Shown in pieces: positions 1-5,423 of a stretch of DNA of 6,274 nucleotides. The DNA is taken from IMG/VR virus record IMGVR_UViG_2695420597_000012; one strand, given 5' to 3'. The stretch comes from a virus. Taxonomy: Duplodnaviria > Heunggongvirae > Uroviricota > Caudoviricetes. Each line of letters starts with the position of its first letter. Within the stretch, counting starts at the first letter, position 1. Made by a program: the position numbers and the translations under genes. The notes under the pieces were generated by a model that made no database searches, had not been told where the DNA came from, and saw nothing but the letters and a program-made list of their open reading frames with translations.

Positions 1-269
1 AGCCTTCAGGGAAAAATATCATCAGATGGCTGCTTAAAAAAAGAACAAATGGTAGTGTCCGCTATTGCCAGTACACCTCAGGATAGCGGTCATGTGATGC
101 CGGTTTCCCGGTAACTCAGCACCGGTATCTGAGTCAACGTTTTCTCTACTGGGTCATTTCCGATACGCCCTGCCTGCTGACAGGCTTTCATCACATCTGA
201 AAATATAGCACCCTGACTGATACTGTAGTACCTAAGGTTCCAGAAACTGTGATGTATCCGGCACAGAAA

Positions 270-288
270 AGCCCCTCCGGAGAGGGCT
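270..288 (-). other. Imperfect GC-rich stem-loop (7 bp with one bulge) followed on the minus strand by TTTCT; possible weak terminator or RNA 3' end
   Basis: agcccctccggagagggct. The unit 2 copy at 1901-1920 has one extra G, giving a perfect 8-bp stem. Confidence 0.3.
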
Positions 289-484
289 GGAGAGTGGCGC
301 TATGTGCCATTGCATGATGCCGGGTGCCTCCCGGTGAATTCAGTACCAGCACCTGAATCCGCGATTATCCCATATACCTACTCGCTGATTGCCCCTCCGC
401 ACAGGGGGATTCACCATGCCAGTTTCTTTTAACAAACTCCCCGCAAAACAGACAACTGTCAACCGTCTGAATTGTGAGACATTT

Positions 485-510
485 AAAAAAAAGGCCCGCA
501 AAAGCGAGCC
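485..510 (-). terminator. Rho-independent terminator directly after the tRNA cluster
   Basis: Minus strand reads ggctcgc-tttt-gcgggcc followed by TTTTTTTT (plus-strand A8 at 485-492, stem 493-499/504-510). It lies 15 nt after the CCA end of tRNA-Arg(UCU). Confidence 0.65.
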
Positions 511-524
511 AGGGAAAATAAGTG

Positions 525-601
525 TGGCGCGTTGTACTGGATTCGAACCAGTGACCGATTGCTTAGAAGGCAATTGCTCTGTCCGGCTGAGCTAACAACG
601 C
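525..601 (-). tRNA. argO: tRNA-Arg, anticodon UCU
   Basis: Hand-folded cloverleaf on the minus strand: acceptor GCGTTGT/ACAACGC, D-stem GCTC/GAGC, anticodon stem ATTGC/GCAAT with loop CTTCTAA, T-arm ACTGG-TTCGAAT-CCAGT, discriminator G, encoded CCA. The symbol is assigned from context (lambdoid ileZ-argN-argO cluster), not from a search. Confidence 0.8.
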
Positions 602-614
602 ATGATGCAGATAA

Positions 615-691
615 TGGACCGCCATCGGGGACTTGAACCCCGCGCAACCAGCTTCGAAGGCTGGCGCTCTTTCCTGATGAGCTAATGGCGG
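615..691 (-). tRNA. argN: tRNA-Arg, anticodon UCG (reads CGA/CGG)
   Basis: Acceptor CCGCCAT/ATGGCGG, D-stem GCTC/GAGC, anticodon stem CCAGC/GCTGG with loop CTTCGAA, T-arm CGGGG-TTCAAGT-CCCCG, encoded CCA. Unusual: position 1 is C, the discriminator is U, and A(-1) could pair with U73. Anticodon and symbol should be confirmed. Confidence 0.65.
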
Positions 692-698
692 TATGTGA

Positions 699-774
699 TG
701 GTGGCCCTTGCTGGATTTGAACCAGCGACCTGGCGATTATGAGTCGCTCGCTCTCACCACTGAGCTAAAGGGCC
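699..774 (-). tRNA. ileZ: tRNA-Ile2-like, anticodon CAU (lysidine type, reads AUA); formally could be Met
   Basis: GGCCCTT-TA-GCTC-AGTGGTGA-GAGC-G-AGCGA-CTCATAA-TCGCC-AGGTC-GCTGG-TTCAAAT-CCAGC-AAGGGCC-A-CCA. This closely resembles my recollection of E. coli ileX (tRNA-Ile2, CAU). Confidence 0.8.
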
Positions 775-814
775 GGGAGCCGCATAATAACGACGCGTAA
801 TTAATTCTTCAATA

Positions 815-1845
815 TCATCCGTTCTGGCTGACTAAATCCTGTACTTCCCGAACCGTCTGCTCAAAACGTTCAGTCTCCAGCTCAACGCCAATTGCACGAC
901 GCCCGAGCGCCAGTGCCGCTTTCACTGTCGAACCCAACCCCATGAAAAAATCTGCAATCAGGTCACCCGGACGACTGCTAGCGCTGATTATCTGCTGCAG
1001 CATTTCTGCCGGTTTTTCGCACGGATGTTTCCCGGGATAGAACTGCACCGGTTTATGCGTCCACACATCGGTATACGGCACCTGCACCGTCACGCCAAAA
1101 TACCGCCGCAGATGTTTATATTCACTCAGCAGCTCCGCATACTGCCGGTTCAGTGAGGTATACGTATCCACCAGCTGGTGGTGGAGCTTTTCCAGTTCAC
1201 CACGCCGATGCTTCTCTTCTGCCACCCGGGCAAACAGCGCCTGTAATTTCAGATAATCGCTTTCATTCGGCAACTGCCACTGACCGGCACTGAACCAGTG
1301 CGACACCATGTTTTTCTTTCCTGTGGCATCTGCAATCTGTTTTGCCGTTATCCCCAGGGCAGCTCGCGCATCACGAAAGTAAGAAATCAGCGGGGCCATC
1401 ACATGCTGTTTCAGTGCACTGCCCTTCGCCGCATACCCGGCATCTTTCGGACGATACGGCCCCTGATAATGTTCCGCGAACAGAATGCGCTCTGTGGCGG
1501 GGAAATACGCCCGCAGGCTTTCCTTGTTGCATCCGTTCCAGCGTCCGGACGGCTTCGCCCAGATAATATGGTTCAGCACACTGAAGCGTTCACGCATCAT
1601 GATTTCGATATCAGATGCCAGGCGATGACCACAGAACAGGTAAAGACTTCCGGCAGGTTTCAGCACCCGCCAGAACTGCGCCAGACACTGGTCCAGCCAC
1701 TTCAGGTAATCATCGTCGCCCTTCCACTGGTTATCCCAGCCCTCAGGCTTCACTTTAAAGTACGGCGGGTCCGTGACTATCAGGTCAACAGAATTTTCGG
1801 GTAACGACCGGATAAATTCCAGGCAGTCGGCGTTGATTAACTCAC
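815..1845 (-). pseudogene. DNA amino-methyltransferase (beta class), copy 1, missing the first ~9 codons and start codon
   Basis: Identical to 3793-4823. Motif IV DPPY and motif I DFFMGLGST are retained. The frame stays open upstream to a TAA at 1871-1873 with no in-frame ATG; the only GTG (1751-1753, used by the ORF track) lies after DPPY and has no Shine-Dalgarno. It could still be annotated as a CDS with a non-canonical start. Confidence 0.55.
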
Positions 1846-1900
1846 TAAAACAACAAAGTCCATAAGGAGTTTACTCACATCTGACAAAATCAATATAAAC

Positions 1901-1920
1901 AGCCCCTCCGGAGAGGGGCT
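1901..1920 (-). other. Perfect 8-bp GC-rich stem-loop (agcccctc-cgga-gaggggct)
   Basis: Direct inspection. Minus-strand downstream sequence is U-rich (gtttatattgatttt) but not a clean U-tract. Confidence 0.3.
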
Positions 1921-2116
1921 GGAGAGTGGCGCTATGTGCCATTGCATGGTGCCGGGTGCCTCCCGGTGAATTCAGTACCAGCACCTGAATCCGCGATTAT
2001 CCCATATACCTACTCGCTGATTGCCCCTCCGCACAGGGGGATTCACCATGCCAGTTTCTTTTAACAAACTCCCCGCAAACCAGACAACAGTCAACCGCCT
2101 GAATTGTGAGACATTT

Positions 2117-2142
2117 AAAAAAAAGGCCCACAAAAGCGAGCC
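2117..2142 (-). terminator. Rho-independent terminator after tRNA cluster 2
   Basis: Minus strand ggctcgc-tttt-gtgggcc + T8. One stem base differs from unit 1, giving a G-U pair, so the stem is kept. Confidence 0.6.
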
Positions 2143-2156
2143 AGGGAAAATAAGTG

Positions 2157-2233
2157 TGGCGCGTTGTACTGGATTCGAACCAGTGACCGATTGCTTAGAA
2201 GGCAATTGCTCTGTCCGGCTGAGCTAACAACGC
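2157..2233 (-). tRNA. argO: tRNA-Arg, anticodon UCU (copy 2)
   Basis: Identical to 525-601. Confidence 0.8.
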
Positions 2234-2246
2234 ATGATGCAGATAA

Positions 2247-2323
2247 TGGACCGCCATCGGGGACTTGAACCCCGCGCAACCAGCTTCGAAGGCTGGCGCT
2301 CTTTCCTGATGAGCTAATGGCGG
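2247..2323 (-). tRNA. argN: tRNA-Arg, anticodon UCG (copy 2)
   Basis: Identical to 615-691. Confidence 0.65.
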
Positions 2324-2330
2324 TATGTGA

Positions 2331-2406
2331 TGGTGGCCCTTGCTGGATTTGAACCAGCGACCTGGCGATTATGAGTCGCTCGCTCTCACCACTGAGCTAA
2401 AGGGCC
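2331..2406 (-). tRNA. ileZ: tRNA-Ile2-like, anticodon CAU (copy 2)
   Basis: Identical to 699-774. Confidence 0.8.
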
Positions 2407-2455
2407 GGGAGCAGAATAATAATGGTGCGTAATTAATTCTGCAATCTCATCCGTT

Positions 2456-3477
2456 TCAAACGATTAAATCCTGAACTTCCCTGACTGTCTGCTCAAAACG
2501 TCCGGTCTCCAGTTCAACGCCAATCGCACGACGCCCGAGCGCCAGTGCCGCTTTTACCGTTGAACCTGAGCCCATAAAAAAATCTGCAACCAGGTCTCCC
2601 GGACGACTGCTTGCGCTGATTATCTGCTGCAGCATTTCTGCCGGTTTTTCGCACGGATGTTTCCCGGGATAGAACTGCACCGGTTTATGTGTCCACACAT
2701 CCGTGTACGGCACCTGCGCCGTCACACCAAAATACCGCCGCAGATGCTTATATTCACTCTGCAGCTCCACATACTGCCGGTTCAGTGACGTATACGTATC
2801 CACCAGCTGGTGGTGGGGCTTTTCCAGTTCACCGCGCTGATGTTTCTCTTCTGCCACCCGGGCAAACAGCGACTGTAATTTCAGATAATCGCTTTCGTTC
2901 GGTAGCTGCCACTGACTGGCACTGAACCAGTGCGACACCATGTTTTTCTTTCCTGTGGCATCTGCAATCTGTTTTGCCGTTATCCCCAGGGCCGCGCGCG
3001 CATCACGAAAGTAAGAAATCAGCGGGGCCATCACATGCTGTTTCAGTGCACTGCCCTTCGCCGCATACCCGGCATCTTTCGGACGATACGGCCCCTGATA
3101 ATGTTCCGCGAACAGAATGCGCTCTGTGGCGGGGAAATACGCCCGCAGGCTTTCCTTGTTGCATCCGTTCCAGCGTCCGGACGGCTTCGCCCAGATAATA
3201 TGGTTCAGCACACTGAAGCGTTCACGCATCATGATTTCGATATCAGATGCCAGGCGATGACCACAGAACAGGTAAAGACTTCCGGCAGGTTTCAGCACCC
3301 GCCAGAACTGCGCCAGACACTGGTCCAGCCACTTCAGGTAATCATCGTCGCCCTTCCACTGGTTATCCCAGCCCTCAGGCTTCACTTTAAAGTACGGCGG
3401 GTCCGTGACTATCAGGTCAACAGAATTTTCGGGTAACGACCGGATAAATTCCAGGCAGTCGGCGTTGATTAACTCAC
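2456..3477 (-). pseudogene. DNA amino-methyltransferase, diverged paralog (copy 2), N-terminally truncated at the junction with tRNA cluster 3
   Basis: About 10 amino-acid differences from copies 1 and 3, a C-terminus 3 codons shorter (LIV* versus LVSQNG*), and many silent nucleotide changes. DPPY is retained; motif I is DFFMGSGST. The frame runs upstream into tRNA-derived sequence with no in-frame ATG. Confidence 0.55.
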
Positions 3478-3502
3478 AAAAGCGAGCCAGGGAAAATAAG
3501 TG

Positions 3503-3579
3503 TGGCGCGTTGTACTGGATTCGAACCAGTGACCGATTGCTTAGAAGGCAATTGCTCTGTCCGGCTGAGCTAACAACGC
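3503..3579 (-). tRNA. argO: tRNA-Arg, anticodon UCU (copy 3)
   Basis: Identical to 525-601. Confidence 0.8.
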
Positions 3580-3592
3580 ATGATGCAGATAA

Positions 3593-3669
3593 TGGACCGC
3601 CATCGGGGACTTGAACCCCGCGCAGCCAGCTTCGAAGGCTGGCGCTCTTTCCTGATGAGCTAATGGCGG
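3593..3669 (-). tRNA. argN: tRNA-Arg, anticodon UCG (copy 3, variable-loop variant)
   Basis: Same as 615-691 except plus-strand A to G at 3625 (variable loop TTGCG to CTGCG in the tRNA). Confidence 0.65.
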
Positions 3670-3676
3670 TATGTGA

Positions 3677-3752
3677 TGGTGGCCCTTGCTGGATTTGAAC
3701 CAGCGACCTGGCGATTATGAGTCGCTCGCTCTCACCACTGAGCTAAAGGGCC
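3677..3752 (-). tRNA. ileZ: tRNA-Ile2-like, anticodon CAU (copy 3)
   Basis: Identical to 699-774. Confidence 0.8.
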
Positions 3753-3792
3753 GGGAGCCGCATAATAACGACGCGTAATTAATTCTTCAATA

Positions 3793-4851
3793 TCATCCGT
3801 TCTGGCTGACTAAATCCTGTACTTCCCGAACCGTCTGCTCAAAACGTTCAGTCTCCAGCTCAACGCCAATTGCACGACGCCCGAGCGCCAGTGCCGCTTT
3901 CACTGTCGAACCCAACCCCATGAAAAAATCTGCAATCAGGTCACCCGGACGACTGCTAGCGCTGATTATCTGCTGCAGCATTTCTGCCGGTTTTTCGCAC
4001 GGATGTTTCCCGGGATAGAACTGCACCGGTTTATGCGTCCACACATCGGTATACGGCACCTGCACCGTCACGCCAAAATACCGCCGCAGATGTTTATATT
4101 CACTCAGCAGCTCCGCATACTGCCGGTTCAGTGAGGTATACGTATCCACCAGCTGGTGGTGGAGCTTTTCCAGTTCACCACGCCGATGCTTCTCTTCTGC
4201 CACCCGGGCAAACAGCGCCTGTAATTTCAGATAATCGCTTTCATTCGGCAACTGCCACTGACCGGCACTGAACCAGTGCGACACCATGTTTTTCTTTCCT
4301 GTGGCATCTGCAATCTGTTTTGCCGTTATCCCCAGGGCAGCTCGCGCATCACGAAAGTAAGAAATCAGCGGGGCCATCACATGCTGTTTCAGTGCACTGC
4401 CCTTCGCCGCATACCCGGCATCTTTCGGACGATACGGCCCCTGATAATGTTCCGCGAACAGAATGCGCTCTGTGGCGGGGAAATACGCCCGCAGGCTTTC
4501 CTTGTTGCATCCGTTCCAGCGTCCGGACGGCTTCGCCCAGATAATATGGTTCAGCACACTGAAGCGTTCACGCATCATGATTTCGATATCAGATGCCAGG
4601 CGATGACCACAGAACAGGTAAAGACTTCCGGCAGGTTTCAGCACCCGCCAGAACTGCGCCAGACACTGGTCCAGCCACTTCAGGTAATCATCGTCGCCCT
4701 TCCACTGGTTATCCCAGCCCTCAGGCTTCACTTTAAAGTACGGCGGGTCCGTGACTATCAGGTCAACAGAATTTTCGGGTAACGACCGGATAAATTCCAG
4801 GCAGTCGGCGTTGATTAACTCACAACTGGATATTTTTACAGTATTAAGCAT
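3793..4851 (-). CDS. DNA N6-adenine or N4-cytosine methyltransferase (beta-class, likely orphan, phage type), full length 352 aa
   Basis: ATG at 4849-4851 with an in-frame TGA two codons upstream. DPPY (motif IV) lies near the N-terminus and FxGxG (DFFMGLGST, motif I) near the C-terminus, the IV-then-I order of beta-class amino-MTases. No adjacent restriction endonuclease ORF. The Shine-Dalgarno is weak. Confidence 0.85.
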   Translation of the reverse strand: MLNTVKISSCELINADCLEFIRSLPENSVDLIVTDPPYFKVKPEGWDNQWKGDDDYLKWLDQCLAQFWRVLKPAGSLYLFCGHRLASDIEIMMRERFSVLNHIIWAKPSGRWNGCNKESLRAYFPATERILFAEHYQGPYRPKDAGYAAKGSALKQHVMAPLISYFRDARAALGITAKQIADATGKKNMVSHWFSAGQWQLPNESDYLKLQALFARVAEEKHRRGELEKLHHQLVDTYTSLNRQYAELLSEYKHLRRYFGVTVQVPYTDVWTHKPVQFYPGKHPCEKPAEMLQQIISASSRPGDLIADFFMGLGSTVKAALALGRRAIGVELETERFEQTVREVQDLVSQNG

Positions 4852-4944
4852 GGATCATTAAGCCTGTCTCTGATAGGCTCATTCTGCTTTTGCGCAAAGC
4901 AGTGGGCCTGAGGTTTGCTTGTGAACCCAACGCATGAGCAGATG

Positions 4945-4973
4945 GCTGGTGGGTGCCCCTAACACCCACCAGC
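4945..4973 (-). other. Perfect 11-bp stem-loop (gctggtgggtg-cccctaa-cacccaccagc), not followed by a U-tract on either strand
   Basis: Direct inspection. It lies between the terminator at 4986-5015 and the methyltransferase start. Confidence 0.5.
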
Positions 4974-4985
4974 CGCCCATTTACC

Positions 4986-5015
4986 ACAAATAAAAAAGCC
5001 TTCACTGCGGAAGGC
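4986..5015 (-). terminator. Rho-independent terminator after the 65-aa ORF
   Basis: Minus strand gccttccgcagtgaaggc (6-bp stem) followed by TTTTTTATTT. The ORF stop codon (5002-5004) lies inside the stem. Confidence 0.55.
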
Positions 5016-5199
5016 GTCTGTAACAACCGAACTGATAGTCTGCCAGACCCGCCATAACCAGCTGGGTCAGTATTAACTGGCAGCGTTCGCGTGAAAGGTA
5101 AGTATTCTGCGCTATCTCCCCGACTGTCGCCGGTTCGGTAACGCTTAATTCATTAAACACCACTCTGGCGGTTTCTGTCATATCCTGCTGTTTTAGCAT
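5002..5199 (-). CDS. Small 65-aa protein, possibly a winged-helix DNA-binding protein (PapI/FaeA-like pattern)
   Basis: ATG at 5197-5199 preceded by AAGGA 6 nt upstream (minus strand ggaaaaggaaaagacATG), with its own terminator. The segment TVGEIAQNTYLSRERCQLILTQLVMAGL resembles small winged-helix regulators. The fold assignment is by eye only. Confidence 0.4.
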   Translation of the reverse strand: MLKQQDMTETARVVFNELSVTEPATVGEIAQNTYLSRERCQLILTQLVMAGLADYQFGCYRRLPQ

Positions 5200-5317
5200 G
5201 TCTTTTCCTTTTCCGGTTAACGTGACACACCAATAACTCTTGTCGAAAAAGCCAGCAAGCTGAAAGACAGGTATTCACCGCCACCAGCGCGTTTACTGTA
5301 CTGACGCGATTTCAGTC

Positions 5318-5341
5318 ATAAAAAACCCGCCAGGCGGCGGG
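5318..5341 (-). terminator. Strong rho-independent terminator ~85 nt downstream of Q (tR'-like)
   Basis: Minus strand cccgcc-gcct-ggcggg (6 GC pairs) followed by TTTTTTAT. Confidence 0.6.
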
Positions 5342-5390
5342 GTGTAAAAAATCTTCTAACGTCAGGCATAAAACGCCCATCGTTAGAGCA

Positions 5391-5418
5391 AATTTACCAC
5401 AGATTCGGGAAAAATCAA
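5391..5418 (-). promoter_or_regulatory. Candidate sigma70 late promoter (PR'-like) just after the Q stop
   Basis: Minus strand TTGATT (5418-5413) - 16 nt - TAAATT (5396-5391). Hexamer match only; the qut site is not identifiable by eye. Confidence 0.25.
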
Positions 5419-5423
5419 CAACA

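Larger units (their letters stand above)
270..1845 (-). repeat. Tandem repeat unit 1: hairpin + ~196-nt spacer + terminator + 3 tRNAs + N-truncated methyltransferase
   Basis: Aligns base-for-base with 1901-3477 at offset ~1632 (about 5 SNPs and 1 indel in the spacer, ~5% divergence in the MTase). The tRNA+MTase part is identical to 3503-4823 at offset 2978. Confidence 0.85.
1901..3477 (-). repeat. Tandem repeat unit 2 (diverged): hairpin + spacer + terminator + 3 tRNAs + N-truncated methyltransferase
   Basis: Same organisation as unit 1. tRNAs are identical, the spacer differs by a few SNPs, the MTase is ~5% diverged at nucleotide level, and the MTase-to-tRNA intergenic region is strongly diverged. 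Confidence 0.85.
3478..4823 (-). repeat. Tandem repeat unit 3: half-terminator remnant + 3 tRNAs + methyltransferase body (intact gene continues to 4851)
   Basis: Identical to unit 1 from 498 onward except one tRNA SNP at 3625. It lacks the spacer and hairpin. Confidence 0.85.

Noticed and set aside
1-520. Shiga toxin or other cargo genes downstream of the tRNA cluster
   Set aside because: No ORF of suitable size with a ribosome-binding site exists in 1-520 or 1846-2156 on the minus strand; the region is non-coding by inspection.
340-595. 77-aa minus-strand and 68-aa plus-strand ORFs in the spacer (and their copies at 1972-2227)
   Set aside because: Both run through the tRNA-Arg(UCU) gene and the terminator hairpin. 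The plus-strand ATG at 415 has a G-rich Shine-Dalgarno-like stretch, but the SNPs between the two copies give no coding signal (2 silent and 2 replacement in either frame).
1298-1804. 168-aa plus-strand ORF (also 2930-3436 and 4276-4782) and nested 74-aa ORFs antisense to the methyltransferase
   Set aside because: They lie entirely inside the antisense of a well-supported methyltransferase ORF. Their repetition just reflects the DNA repeat. Low-complexity, Arg/Pro-rich translation typical of shadow ORFs.
2689-2925. 78-aa plus-strand ORF present only in copy 2
   Set aside because: Antisense to the methyltransferase and absent from the other copies; it exists only because of divergence.
3405-3614. 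69-aa plus-strand ORF
   Set aside because: It spans the methyltransferase/tRNA junction and is antisense to two tRNA genes; an artefact of the junction.
270-4851. CRISPR array or IS/transposon explanation for the repeats
   Set aside because: The repeat units are 1.3-1.6 kb and contain genes, not 25-40 bp repeats with unique spacers. No transposase ORF or terminal inverted repeats flank the units. The junctions look like microhomology or illegitimate recombination.
4844-5026. 60-aa minus-strand ORF overlapping the methyltransferase start
   Set aside because: It starts inside the 65-aa ORF and reads through the terminator and the 11-bp hairpin. No Shine-Dalgarno.
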